Assembly (NCBI RefSeq): GCF_036365525.1 | Contig: NC_090380.1 | Span: 60,478,712-60,542,711 of the forward strand | Direction: 5' to 3' | DNA: 64,000 bases | From: Heterodontus francisci | Lineage: Eukaryota | In this document: positions 12,835-25,509 of the stretch, piece after piece | Layout of the letters: each line of letters starts with the position of its first letter | How positions within the stretch are numbered: the first letter of the stretch is position 1 | Translations under genes and position numbers: made by a program | Notes under the pieces: model-generated | The model's input: only the letters and a program-made list of their open reading frames with translations | Told to the model about the DNA's origin: nothing | Databases searched by the model: none

Positions 12835-15800
12835 GAGTAAAGTAATAAAATAATTAACTAAGTAGAGATGGCTGGGCAGGTGATGTGCTGTAGCTGTATG
12901 ATGTGGGAGCTGGCTGACCCCATTGTGAACGGCAGGGACCACATCTGCAGCAAGTGTTGGTTGCTGGAAGAACTCCGGCTCAGAACTGATGATCTGGAAT
13001 CTGAGCTTCAAACACTGCGGCACATCCAGGAGGGGGAGAGTTACCTGGACGTTTTGTTTCAGGAGGCAGTCACACCTGGTAGATTAAGTAATTCAAATTC
13101 AGTTAGTGATCAGGGACAACAGGGTGTGATTGCAAGTGAGGCAGGTAGGGGGATCCTGAGTTTAGGAGTGGAGGAGCCTCAGCCTTTGACCTTATCCAAC
13201 AGCTATGAGATACTTGCTCCCTGTGTGGATGAGGAAAAGGGCTGCGGGGAGGATGAGCCAACTGACCATGGCACCATGGTACAGAAGGCCATTCAAGAGG
13301 GGGGAGCAAAAAGACAAGTGGTAGTTATAGGAGATTCTATAATTAGGGGGATAGATAGTATCCTTTACAAGCTGGATCGGGAGTCCCGCATGGTGTGTTG
13401 CCTGCCCGGTGCCAGGGTGCAGGACATCTCTGATCGGCTTGAAAGGATATTGGAGCGGGAGGGGGAGGAGCCAGTTGTTGTGGTCCACGTTGGGACTAAC
13501 AACATAGGCAAGGCTAAGATGGAGGACCTGTTTGGGGATTATAAAGCACTAGGAACGAAATTAAGGAACAGGTCCTCGAGGGTCATAATCTCCGGATTAC
13601 TGCCCGAGCCACGTGCAAATTGGCTTAGGGATAAGAATATTAGGGAAGTAAACATGTGGCTAAGGGAGTGGTGTGGGAAAGAGGGGTTCCATTTCATGGG
13701 GCATTGGCATCAGTTTTGGAACGGGGGGATCTGTATCGATGGGACGGTCTCCACCTGAACCGATCTGGAACCAGTGTTCTAGCGAAACGGATAAATAGGG
13801 TGGTCTCTAGGACTTTAAACTAGTGACTCGGGGGGAAGGGAAAGGGAAAACGAAAGGGAGTATGATGGTAAATAAAAAGGTAAGCAGCAGGTTAACATGT
13901 GTGCAGGAGGGTTTAAGTTCAAGGCAGACTATGAAAGAAGCAGAAAGGAAGGATAACTCAGGAGTTATTATTACAGATGTTGGAAATCATGAGGGTAAGA
14001 AAGCTAGCATAAAGGCACTTTACCTGAATGCTCGAAGCATTCGTAACAAGGTTGATGAGTTAACGGCACAAATCATCGCGAACGAATATGATTTGGTAGC
14101 CATTACGGAGACATGGTTACAGGTTGGTCACGACTGGGAGTTAAATATCCAGGGGTACCAGACTATTCGGAAGGACAGACAGGAAGGTAAGGGAGGTGGT
14201 GTAGCTCTGATATTCAAGGACGACATCAGGGCGGTGCTGAGAGATGATATAGGTTCTATGGAGAATGAAGTTGAATCCATTTGGGTGGAAATTAGAAACT
14301 CTAAGAAGAAAAAGTCATTGATAGGCGTAGTTTATAGGCCACCAAATAATATCACATTGGGGCGGACAATAAACAAAGAAATAACTAATGCCTGTAAAAA
14401 TGGTACGGCAATTATCATGGGGGATTTTAATCTACATGTAGATTGGTCGAACCAGCTCAGTCAAAGTAGCCTTGAGGAGGAGTATGGTTGAATTTAGAAT
14501 ACAGATGGAGAGTGTGAAGATAAAGTCCAATACCAGGGTCCTGCGCTTGAACAAGGGGGACTACAATAGAATGAGGGAGGACTTGGCTAAACAAAGATTT
14601 TATGGTGGGACAGTTGACGAGCAGTGGAGGACTTTCAAAGCAATTTTTCAAAGTGCTCAGCAAAAGTATATTCCAGTGAAAAGGAAGGACTGGAAGAAAA
14701 GGGATAATCTGCCATGGGTGTCTAAGGAAATAAGGGAGGCTATCAAATTGAAAGAGAAGGCATACAAAGTGGCCAAAAACAGCATGAAACTAGAAGATTG
14801 GGAAAACTTTAAAGGTCAACAGAAAGCCACAAAAAGAGCTATAAAGAAAAGTAAGATAGAACATGAGAAAAAACTAGCGCAGAATATAAAGACAGATAGC
14901 AAAAGTTTCTATAAATATATAAAACAAAAAAGAGTGGCTAAAGTAAACGTTGGTCCTTTAGAGGATGAGAAGGGGAATTTAGTTATGGGATATGATGAAA
15001 TGGCCGAGGCATTGAACAGGTATTTTGTATCGGTCTTCACAGTGGAGGACATTAATAACATGCCAGTAATTGACAAAGAGACGAACGTAGGTGAGGACCT
15101 GGAAACAATCATTATTACGGAAGAGGTAGTGTTGGGCAAGCTAATGGAGCTAAGGATTGATAAGTCTCCTGGCCCTGATGGAATGCATCCCAGGGTACTA
15201 AAAGAGATGGCGGGAGAAATAGCAGGTGCACTGGCGGTAATTTTCCAAAATTCGCTGGACTCTGGGGTAGTCCCAGCAGATTGGAAAACAGCAAATGTGA
15301 CGCCACTGTTTAAAAAGGGAGGTAGACAAAAGATGGGGAATTATAAACCGGTTAGCTTAACCTCTGTAGTGGGGAAGATGCTTGAGTCTATTATCAAGGA
15401 AGAAATAGCAGGGCATCTCGATAGAAATTGTCCCGTTGGGCAGACGCAGCATGGGTTCATGAAGGGCAGGTCATGCTTGACAAATCTTTTGGAATTCTAT
15501 GATGACATTACGAGCAAGGTGGACAATGGGGACCCAGTGGATGTGGTGTACCTAGATTTCCAAAAGGCCTTCGACAAGGTGCCGCACAAGAGGCGGCTGC
15601 ATAAGATAAGGATGCATGGCGTTAGGGGTAAAGTATTAGCATGGATAGAGGATTGGTTGACTAACAGGAAGCAGAGAGTGGGGATAAATGAGTGCTATTC
15701 TGGTTGACAATCAGTCACGAGTGGTGTGCCTCAGGGATCGGTGTTGGGACCGCAATTATTTACAATTTATATAGATGATTTGGAGTTGGGGACCACGTGT

Positions 15801-16680
15801 AGGGTGTCAAAGTTTGCAGATGACTGTGAAACTTTGCAGAGGAACATAGATACATTGAGTGAGTGGGCAAAGGTCTGCAGATGGAATACAATGTTAATAA
15901 ATGTGAAGTCATTCATTTCGGTAGGAGTAACAGTAAAAAGGATTATTACTTGAATGGTAAAAAGTTGCAGCATGCTGCTATGCAGAGGGACCTGGGTGTC
16001 CTTGTGCATGAATCGCAGAAGGTCGGTCTGCAGGTACAGCAAGTAATTAGGAAGGCAAATGGAATTTTGTCCTTCATTGCTAAAGGGATTGAGTTTAAAA
16101 GCAGAGAGGATATGTTGCAGCTGTATCAGGGACTGGTGAAGCCGCACCTGGTGTACTGTGTGCAGTTTTGGTCTCCTTACTTGAGAAAGGATGTACTGGC
16201 ACTGGAGAGGATGCAGAGGAGGTTCACTAGGTTGATTCCGGAGTTGAGGGGGTTGGCTTATGAGGAGAGATTGAGTAGATTGGGATTATATTCATTGGAA
16301 TTCAGAAGAATGAGGGGGGATCTTATAGAAACATATAAAATTCTGAAGGGAATAGATAAGATACAAATAGAGAGGATGTTTCCACTGGCAGGTGAAGCTA
16401 GGACAAGAGGGAGCAGATTTAGGACTGAATTAAGAAGGAACTTCTTCACCCAGAGGGTTGTTAATCTATGGAATTCCTTGCCCAGTGAAGTAGTTGATTC
16501 TTCTTCAGTAAACGTTTTTAAAGCTAAGGTAGATATCTTTTTGAACAATAAAGGAATTAAGGGAGACGGTGAGAGCGCGGGTAAGTGGATCTGAGTCCAT
16601 GAAAAGATCAGCCATGATCTTATTGAATGGCGGAGCAGGCTCGAGGGGCCGGCGGCCTACTCCTGCTCCTAGTTCTTATA
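12835..16680 (+). mobile_element. Near full-length CR1 LINE with internal deletions
   Basis: ORF1 from 12868, APE (LYLNARSIRNK, ITETWL, GDFN), 411-aa RT-proximal ORF 14472-15707; 3' end CCTACTCCTGCTCCTAGTTCTTAT. Confidence 0.93.
12868..13823 (+). pseudogene. CR1 ORF1p (Zn finger + SGNH esterase), frameshifted near C-terminus
   Basis: CCSC..CSKC, GDSIIRG, HVGTNN; after GHWHQFWN the DGLHLN block continues in another frame. Confidence 0.85.
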
Positions 16681-17283
16681 TCAAGTGCCTACGTGAGCTT
16701 CCATAATTCTGATTACCTTAGCAGTATGTCAATGCGATCTCTGACTGTGGTATGGAGTTTCAAAGTAACTGCCCCCTTATCCCCATGTCTGACTCTCAGG
16801 GCTCAGTGCATTTTGTTCATGCAGATTCACTCACTGGCTAAAATGCAAAACATGCTGGGAACTTTGTGCATTCTAACTTTTTAATAGCTTGTCTAATTGT
16901 GATAAACAAGGATATTGTTATCAGCAAAATAATACAAAAGAAATTCCAAATTCCAAAGGATGAATGTCAAAATATGTCTAAATTGCTATAAAAATTTTTA
17001 TGGGACTATATAAATGGCTCAGATTTTGAGGTCAGCAGTGAAAGAAAGGCAGCAGCCGTTCATTACACTTACACATGCTCACAGACTTTCTATGCGTTTT
17101 TGCACTGCAACTTGCTGTAATTAGAAACCTACATCAGCACAGTGCCCCCTTCAGAGGATCTGGGACCTGTGTGAACAAGATACACAACAGTGTATCTCCT
17201 TAACCAATCAGATTCAAGAATTCTTAATGAGAAATGCGGAATCTGAAGCAGGAATATTTAATTCAATGCCAAGCCATGTATCG

Positions 17284-18266
17284 TGTTGCAGTTAAGTGAG
17301 GAGGAGTCGAAGCGCTTCCCTCTTTTCCCTCTCCTTGTTTGACCACAACAGGTCTAATTCTTTCTTAAAGTGAATGTACTGGCTAATTCAGGAGGTGTTT
17401 TATTACTTACTTGCTATGATCATAACAAGAACCAATGGGACAGGTTTTCTTGAGTTAACAAAGAAAGAAGTTAACTTTATTGTATCTAAACTGAACTAAT
17501 AAAATAATAAACAATGCACCAACTTTCACTCTTACACACACACTAGAGGTTTACACACACACAAATAGGTTACAGAGTGGGGAAAGGTAGATTGATCGAG
17601 TTAGAGTCCATTGAAAAAGGTATACAGTCTGTGGAGTTTGGTGATTCAGCTGGCTTCGAGCTGAATTCAGTGGTCTTGAGGCTTTTAGTTTGAAGAGGTA
17701 GATGACTGGTTCAGTAAGTCCTTGGAAATAGCAATGCAGATGTATTCCTCTAATGGAATTTCTGATTGTAGCCGGAGTATGCAAAAGTAGTCAGTCAACA
17801 AGCAGGATTTGAAAGCTTCCATGCTGGAATGGAGAGAGAGAGTGAGAGGGATACAGGAACCCCTAATTAGGGTCTGCTCATGTCGGAGTCCAGTTGCTTC
17901 TCCTCTGCTGCAGAGAAAAACATCAGCTTAAAAACACGCGTGGGAAGGGGCTTGTCACATGATAGTCACACAGTCATTCAAACATAGCAGTTAGCAGTAT
18001 TTCTCTGCATGCTGAGAGAACAGGTAGTTTCTTTAAACTTTATGGGTTTTTGTTCTTGCTGGAGACTTAGCAGAAATGTCATCTCTCTCCTCACAAGCAT
18101 TGCAGTGTAGGGTACAGTATTGCAAATTAGATGATCATCTTAAGCTGAAAGGATGACTTTGCTGGCAGCTTGTCTTTTAAAAATGTCATTTAAAAAAATA
18201 CAAATTCAGATCTCCAGCCAGTGGACCAAAGAAAATCATCATTCAACAAAACACATAGGCGTAACA
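17284..18266 (-). mobile_element. Solo LTR (Gypsy-like)
   Basis: TGTTGC...CGTAACA termini; imperfect 4-bp TSD ATCG/ATAG; left end resembles the reverse complement of the CTCACCTGGTCGTAACA LTR end. Confidence 0.65.
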
Positions 18267-18811
18267 ATAGAAAATGAAATAAAGACAGGAAAAGAAAGAT
18301 GGGATTAAGAGAGATAAAAGGGATAGGAAAAAAGGTTAGTTTTTTTATTCTTTTAAAATCTCCAACAATAATTACAATTGGAAGGAAAGATACTCCACAA
18401 TTGTAAATTTTAATTTTCAGTGACAGAGAGGTTGGTTTCCAAGTAATTAAGACTTAGCATACATTTAAAAATTTACTTACACAGGAATGGACAAGCCCTG
18501 ACTTTTTCTGGTGTGTTTAGTGGTTATCTGTCACATAGTCACAGCAACTGCTTGCCCTTCCATGTAATTCAATGGCAAGTCTTTCAGCGAGATACCAGAA
18601 TAGCAGACCTTTTGGAGGACCATTCCAACTCGGACAGCAACTTCCTGATTTCCTGATTCAATTGCACATGTGTCATCCTTGGTAGTTGCTTTCCAAATTA
18701 CTCTATAATAACTACTAGTCTCACCATAATTTTTCCCACAAAATCCAGCACCAACATTACTTTATAAAGTCTACAAGAGAAAATTATTTGGTATTTTAAA
18801 AGGTAAGTCTT

Positions 18812-19130
18812 ATCTAGAACTAGGGGTCACTGTTTAAAAATGAGGGGTCACCCATTTAAGACAGAAATTAGGAGAAAAATTTTTCTCTGAGTGTCGTGTG
18901 TCTTTGGAACTCTCTTCCTCAAAAGGCAGTGGAAGCAGAGTCTTTAAATATTTTTAAGGCAGAGGCAGATAGATTCTTGATAAGGGGGTGAAAGGTTATT
19001 GGGGGTAGGCAGGCAAGTGGAGTTGAGGTTACAATCAGATCAGCCATGATCTCATTGAATGGCAGAGTAGGCTCGAGGGGCCGAGTGGCCTACTCCTGTT
19101 CCTAATTCGTATGTGCGTATGTTCGAATGT
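18812..19130 (+). mobile_element. CR1 3' tail fragment
   Basis: TCTAGAACTAGGGGTCA...GATCAGCCATGATCTCATTGAATGGC...CCTACTCCTG and (CGTATGTT)-like tail. Confidence 0.85.
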
Positions 19131-22100
19131 TTGAATTTATGTTGCTTTCTAACATGATACCATTATAGGCTATAATTCTGATGTAGAAGTTTAGATACCT
19201 CAAAGCTGTACATAAATCTGAAACTTAAACCATATTTACCAGTTGAACCTCCTCCTGCAATAAACGGAATAAACCATTTGGAAAGAAATATAATAGTCCT
19301 GATTCGTGATAACATATCAGGAGCAGATCGCAAAACCAAACTGTCCTCCCATCATAAATGTCCATTCCAGCAATTAATTACTTCTTTTCCAGAGAACTGT
19401 CCAATGTCAGTCCTAAATTTGATTTTTGCAATTTGAACTATGCCCATTTGTCTTACCGTTATGGTGTCTTTTGAAGTATACCAACTTTACCTTTTCCTCC
19501 ATGAGGTCCCCTTTTAAAACTGAATTTTTCTTCAACGATTATTCATAACTCAGGCTTCTGATGCTATGTGACAATCTCATGGCCCTTTGCACTACTTCCA
19601 GCATTTGAAAGTCTTCTTGGTATCACAGTAATCAGATTTGGACGTAGTACCTAGGTCGAGTCAGACCACCAAAACGTTTTAGTGTGATATCTTACTTCCC
19701 AGTTTTGACACATAGTTCAACATTTTATTGCTTTATAAAGCTCTGTAGTGGCCTGACACACCTTCACCATTATTTTCATACCATTCACCGACTATGTACT
19801 TCGCCCATTCTTTTCACTAACTGATTTTATTTTTATTCATTCATGGGATGTGGCCATCACTGGCTATGCCAGCATTTATTGCCTATCCCTAATTGCCCTT
19901 GAGAAGGTGGTGGTGAGCTGCCTTCTTGAATTGCTGCAGTCCATGTGAGGTAGGTACACCCACAGTGCTGTTAGGAAGGGAGTTCCAGGATTTTGACCCA
20001 GCAACAGTGAAGGAACGGCAATATAGTTCCAAGTCAGGATGGTGTGTGACTTGGATGGGAACTTGCAGGTGGTGATGTTCCCATGGATCTGCTGCTCTTG
20101 TCCTTCGAGGTGTTAGAGGTCATGGGTTTGGAAGGTGCTGTCGAAGGAGCCTTGGTGCGTTGCTGCAGTTCATCTTGTAGATGGTACACACTGTTGCCAC
20201 TGTGCATCAGTGGTGGAAGGAGTGAATGTTTGTGGATGGTGTGCCAATCAAGCGGGCTGCTTTGTCCTGGATGGTGTCAAGCTTCTTGAGTGTTGTTGGA
20301 GCTGCACCCATCCAGGCAAGTGGAGAGTATTCCATCACACTCCTGAATTGTGCCTTGTAGATGGTGGATAGGCTTTGGAGAGTCAGGAGGTGAGTTACTC
20401 ACCTCAGGATTCCTAGCCTCTGACCTGCTCTTGCAGCCACGATATTTATATGGCTACTCCAGTTCAGTTTCTGGTCAATGGTAGCCCCCAGGATGTTGAC
20501 AGTGGGGGATTCAGCAATGGTAATGCCATTGAATGTCAAGGGGAGATGGTTAGATTCTCTCTTGTTGGAAATGGTCACTGCCTGGCACTTGTGTGGCGCA
20601 AATGTTACTTGCCACTTATCAGCCCAAGCCTGGATATTGTCCAGGTCTTGCTGCATTTTTACATGGACTGCTTCAGTATTTGAGGCGTCGCGAATGGTGC
20701 TGAACATTGTGCAATCATCAGCGAACATCCCCACTTCTGACCTTATGATTGAAGGAAGGTCATTGATGAAGCAGCTGAAGATGGTTGGGCCTAGGACACT
20801 ACCCTGAGGAACTCCTGCAGTGATGTCCTGAAGCTCAGATGATTGACCTCCAACCACCACAGCCATCTTCCTTTGCATTAGGTATGACTCTAACCAGCAG
20901 AGAGTTTTCCCCCTGATTCCCATTGACTCCAGTTTTGCTAGGGTTCCTTGATGCCATACTCAGTCAAATGCTGCCTTGATGTCAAGAGCAGTCACTCTCA
21001 CCTCACCTCTTGAGTTCAGCTCTTTTGTCCATGTTTGAACCAAGGTCAGGTGCTGAGTGGCCCTGTCGAAACCCAAACTGGGTATCACTGAGCAGGTTAT
21101 TGCTGAGCAAGTGCTGCTTGATGGCACTGTTGATGACACCTTCCATCACTTTGCTGATGATTGAGAGTAGACTGATGGGGGTGGTAATTGGCCAGATTGG
21201 ACGTGTCCTGCTTTTTGTGTACAGGACATACCTGGGCAGTTTTCCACAATGCCGCGTAAATGCCAATGTTGTAGCTGTACTGAAACAGCCTGGCTAGGGG
21301 TGCGGCAAATTCTGGAGCACAGGTCTTCAGTACTATTGTCGGAATATTGTCAGGACCCATAGCCTTTGCAGTATCCAGTGTCTTCAGTCGTTTCTTGATA
21401 TCACGCAGAGTGAATCGAATTGGCTGAAGTCTGGCATTTGTGATGCTGGGAACTTCAGGAGGGGGCCGAGATGGATCATCAACTTGGCACTTCTGGCTGA
21501 AGATTGTTACAAATGCTTCAGCCTTATCTTTCGCACTGATGTGCTCAGCTCCCCCATCATTGAGGATGGGGATATTTGTGGAGCCACGTCCTCCAGTTAG
21601 TTGTTTAATTGTCCACCACCATTCACGGCTGGATGTGGCAGGATGGCAGGGCTTAGATCTGATCCATTGGTTATGGGATTGCTTAGCTCTGTCTATTGCA
21701 TGCTGCTTATGCAGTTTGGCATGCAAGTAGTCCTGGGTTCTGGCTTCACCAGGTTGACACCTCATTTTGAGGCATTCCTGGTGCTGCTCCTGGCATGCCC
21801 TCCTGAACTCTTCATTGAACCAGATTTGTTCTCCTGGCTTAATGGTAATGGTAGAGTGGGGGATATGCTGGGCCATGAGGTACAGATTGTGGTTGAGTAC
21901 AATTCTGCTGCTGATGGCCCACAGCGCCTCATAAATGCCCAGTTTTGCATTGCTAGATCTGTTCGAAATCTATCCCATTTAGCACGGTGATAGTGCCACA
22001 CAACACGCTGGATGGTATCTTCAATGTGAAGGCGGGACTTCGTCTCCACAAGGACTGTGCGGTGGCCACTCCTACTAATACAGTCATGGGCAGATGCATC

Positions 22101-22855
22101 TGCTGCAGGCAGATTGGTGAGGACAACCACCTGCCACAGACCCAGTCTAGCGGCTATGTCCTTTAGTGCTCGGTCAGTATTGGTGCTACCGAGCCACTCT
22201 TGGTGATGGACATTGAAGTCCCCCACCCAGAGTACATTTTGTGCTCTTGCCACCCTCAGTGCTTCCTCCAAGTGGTGTTCAACATGGAGGAGTACTGACT
22301 CATCAGCTGAGAGAGGGCGGTAGGTGGTAATCAGTAGGAGGTTACCTTTCCCATGTTTGACCTGATGCCATGAGGCTTCATGGGGTCCGGAGTTGATGTT
22401 GAGAACTCCCAGGGCAACTCCCTCCCTACTGTAGGCCATTGTCCCGCCACTTCTGCTGGGTATGTCCTGTCCCACCCAGGGATAGTGATTGCAGTGTCTG
22501 GGACATTGTCTGTAAGGTATGATTCTGTGAGTTTGACTATGTCACGCTGTTGCTTGACTCGTCTGTGGGACAGCTCTCCCAAGCTGGTACAAGCCCCCAG
22601 ATGTTAGTAAAGAGGACTTTTCAGGGTCGACAGGACTGGGTTTGCCGTTGTCCTTTCTGGTGCCTAAGTCGATGCCGGGTGGTCCGTCCCGTTTCATTCC
22701 TTTTTATTGACTTCATAGCGGTTAGGTACAACTGAGTGGCTTGCTAGGCCATTTCAGAGGGCCATTTAAGAATTAACCACATTGCTGTGGATCTGGAGTC
22801 ACATGTAGGCTAGACCAGGTAAGGACAGCAGATTTCCTTCCCTAAAGGACATTAG

Positions 22856-25411
22856 AATTAGAATTAGAACATTACAGCGCAGTACAGGCCCTTCGGCCCT
22901 CGATGTTGCGCCGACCTGTGAAACCATCTGACCTACACTATTCCATTTTCATCCATATGTCTATCCAATGACCACTTAAATGCCCTTAAAGTTGGCGAAT
23001 CTACTACTGCTGTAGGCAGGGCGTTCCACGCCCTTACTACTCTCTGAGTAAAGAAACTACCTCTCACATCTGTCCTATATCTATCACCCCTCAACTTGAA
23101 GCTATGTCCCCTCGTGTTTGCCATCACCATCCGAGGAAAAAGACGCTCACTATCCACCCTATCTAACCCTCTGATTATCTTATATGTCTCTATTAAGTCA
23201 CCTCTCCTCCTCCTTCTCTCCAACGAAAACAACCTCAAGTCCCTCAGCCTTTCCTCGTAAGACCTTCCCTCCATACCAGGCAACATCCTAGTAAATCTCC
23301 TCTGCACCCTTTCCATAGCTTCCACATCCTTCCTATAATGCGGTGACCAGAACTGCACGCAATACTCCAGGTGCGGTCTCACCAGAGTTTTGTACAGCTG
23401 CAGCATGACCTCGTGGCTCCGAAACTCGACCCCCCTACTAATAAAAGCTAACACACCATATGCCTTCTTAACAGCCCTATTAACCTGGTTAGAAACCTTC
23501 AGGGATTTATGCACCTGGACACCAAGATCTCTCTGTTCATCTACACTACCAAGAATCTTCCCATTAGCCCAGTACTCTGCATTCCTGTTACTCCTTCCAA
23601 AGTGAATCACCTCACACTTTTCCGCATTAAACTCCATTTGCCATCTCTCACCCCAGCTCTGCAGCCTATCTATGTCCCTCTGTACCCTACAACATCCTTC
23701 GGCACTATCCACAACTCCACCGACCTTAGTGTCATCTGCAAATTTACTAACCCACCCTTCTACACCCTCTTCCAGGTCATTTATAAAAATGACAAACAGC
23801 AGTGGCCCCAAAACAGATCCTTGCGGTACAACACTAGTAACTAAACTCCAGGATGAACATTTGCCATCAACCACCACCCTCTGTCTTCTTTCAGCTAGCC
23901 AATTTCTGATCCAAAGCTCGAAATCACCTTCAACCCCATACTTCCGTATTTTCTGCAATAGCCTACAGTGGGGAACCTTATCAAACGCCTTACTGAAATC
24001 CATATACACCACATCCACTGCTTTACCCTCATCCACCTGTTTGGTCACCTTCTCGAAAAACTCAATAAGGTTTGTGAGGCACGACCTACCCTTCACAAAA
24101 CCGTGCTGACTATCTCTAATGAACTTATTCTTTTCAAGATGATTATAAATTCTGTCTCTTATAACCTTTTCCAACATTTTACCCACAACCGAAGTAAGGC
24201 TCACAGGTCTATAATTACCAGGGCTGTCTCTACTCCCCTTCTTGAACAAGGGGACAACATTTGCTATCCTCCAGTCTTCCGGCACTATTCCTGTCGACAA
24301 TGACGACATAAAGATCAAGGACAAAGGCTCTGCAATCTCCTCCCTAGCTTCCCAGAGAATCCTAGGATAAATCCCATCTGGCCCAGGGGACTTATCTATT
24401 TTCACACTTTCCAAAATTGATAACACCTCCTCCTTGTGAACCTCAATCCCATCTAGCCTCGTAGCCTGAATCTCAGTATTCTCAACAACATTTTCTTTCT
24501 CTACTGTAAATACTGACGCAAAATATTCATTTAACACTTCCCCTATCTCCTCTGATTCCACACACAACTTCCCACTACTATCCTTGATTGGCCCTAATCT
24601 AACTCTAGTCATTCTTTTATTCCTGATATACCTATAGAAAGCCTTAGGGTTTTCCCTGATCCGATCCACCAATGACTTCTCGTGTCCTTTCCTTGCTCTT
24701 CTTAGCTCTCCCTTTAGATCCTTCCTGGCTAGCTTGTAGCTCTCAAGCGCCCTAACTGAGCCTTCACGTCTCATCCTAACATAAGCCGCCTTCTTCCTCT
24801 TGACAAGCGCTTCAACTTCTTTAGTAAACCACGGCTCCCTCGCACGACAACTTCCTCCCTGCCTCACAGGTACATACTTATCAAGGACACACAGTAGCTG
24901 CTCCTTGAATAAGCTCCACATTTCGATTGTTCCCATCCCCTGCAGTTTCCTTCCCCATCCTACGCATCCTAAATCTTGCCTAATTGCATCATAATTTCCT
25001 TTCCCCCAGCTATAATTCTTGCCCTGCGGTATATACCTGTCCCTGCCCATCGCTAAGGTAAACCTAACCGAATTGTGATCACTATCACCAAAGTGCTCAC
25101 CTACATCTAAATCTAACACCTGGCCGGGTTCATTACCCAGTACCAAATCCAATGTGGCATCGCCCCTGGTTAGCCTGTCTACATACTGTGTCAGAAAACC
25201 CTCCTGCACACACTGGACAAAAACTGACCCATCTAAAGTACTTGGAAAGTACTAAAGTCGATATTTGGAAAGTTAAAGTCCCCCATAACAACTACCCTGT
25301 TACTCTCGCCCCTGTCGAGAATCATCTTCGCTATACTTTCCTCTGCATCTCTGGAACTATTCGGAGGTCTATAAAAGACTCCCAACAGGGTAACGTCACC
25401 TCTCCTGTTTC
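22856..25411 (-). mobile_element. Young 5'-truncated CR1 LINE inserted in the 5' UTR of LINE-B
   Basis: Tail (TTCTAA)n; 3-bp duplication TAG at 22853-22855 and 25412-25414; the host sequence GGACATTAG/TGAACCAG rejoins. Confidence 0.92.
22933..25209 (-). CDS. CR1 ORF2, uninterrupted 758 aa (end of APE, complete RT and C-terminus; the listed start is not a true ATG)
   Basis: [65 protein letters not shown] all in one frame. Confidence 0.9.
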   Translation of the reverse strand: MQEGFLTQYVDRLTRGDATLDLVLGNEPGQVLDLDVGEHFGDSDHNSVRFTLAMGRDRYIPQGKNYSWGKGNYDAIRQDLGCVGWGRKLQGMGTIEMWSLFKEQLLCVLDKYVPVRQGGSCRAREPWFTKEVEALVKRKKAAYVRMRREGSVRALESYKLARKDLKGELRRARKGHEKSLVDRIRENPKAFYRYIRNKRMTRVRLGPIKDSSGKLCVESEEIGEVLNEYFASVFTVEKENVVENTEIQATRLDGIEVHKEEVLSILESVKIDKSPGPDGIYPRILWEAREEIAEPLSLIFMSSLSTGIVPEDWRIANVVPLFKKGSRDSPGNYRPVSLTSVVGKMLEKVIRDRIYNHLEKNKFIRDSQHGFVKGRSCLTNLIEFFEKVTKQVDEGKAVDVVYMDFSKAFDKVPHCRLLQKIRKYGVEGDFELWIRNWLAERRQRVVVDGKCSSWSLVTSVVPQGSVLGPLLFVIFINDLEEGVEGWVSKFADDTKVGGVVDSAEGCCRVQRDIDRLQSWGERWQMEFNAEKCEVIHFGRSNRNAEYWANGKILGSVDEQRDLGVQVHKSLKVSNQVNRAVKKAYGVLAFISRGVEFRSHEVMLQLYKTLVRPHLEYCVQFWSPHYRKDVEAMERVQRRFTRMLPGMEGRSYEERLRDLRLFSLERRRRRGDLIETYKIIRGLDRVDSERLFPRMVMANTRGHSFKLRGDRYRTDVRGSFFTQRVVRAWNALPTAVVDSPTLRAFKWSLDRHMDENGIV

Positions 25412-25509
25412 TAGTGAACCAGATGGGTTTTTACAACAATAGACAATGGTTTCATGGCCATCATTAGACTAGCTTTTTAATTCCACATTTATTAATTAAA
25501 TTCAAACTT

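Noticed and set aside
20083-22735. Many + strand ORFs (e.g. 20478-20807, 21601-21990) that recur in other copies
   Set aside because: They are antisense shadows of the LINE-B reading frame; recurrence reflects repeat homology.
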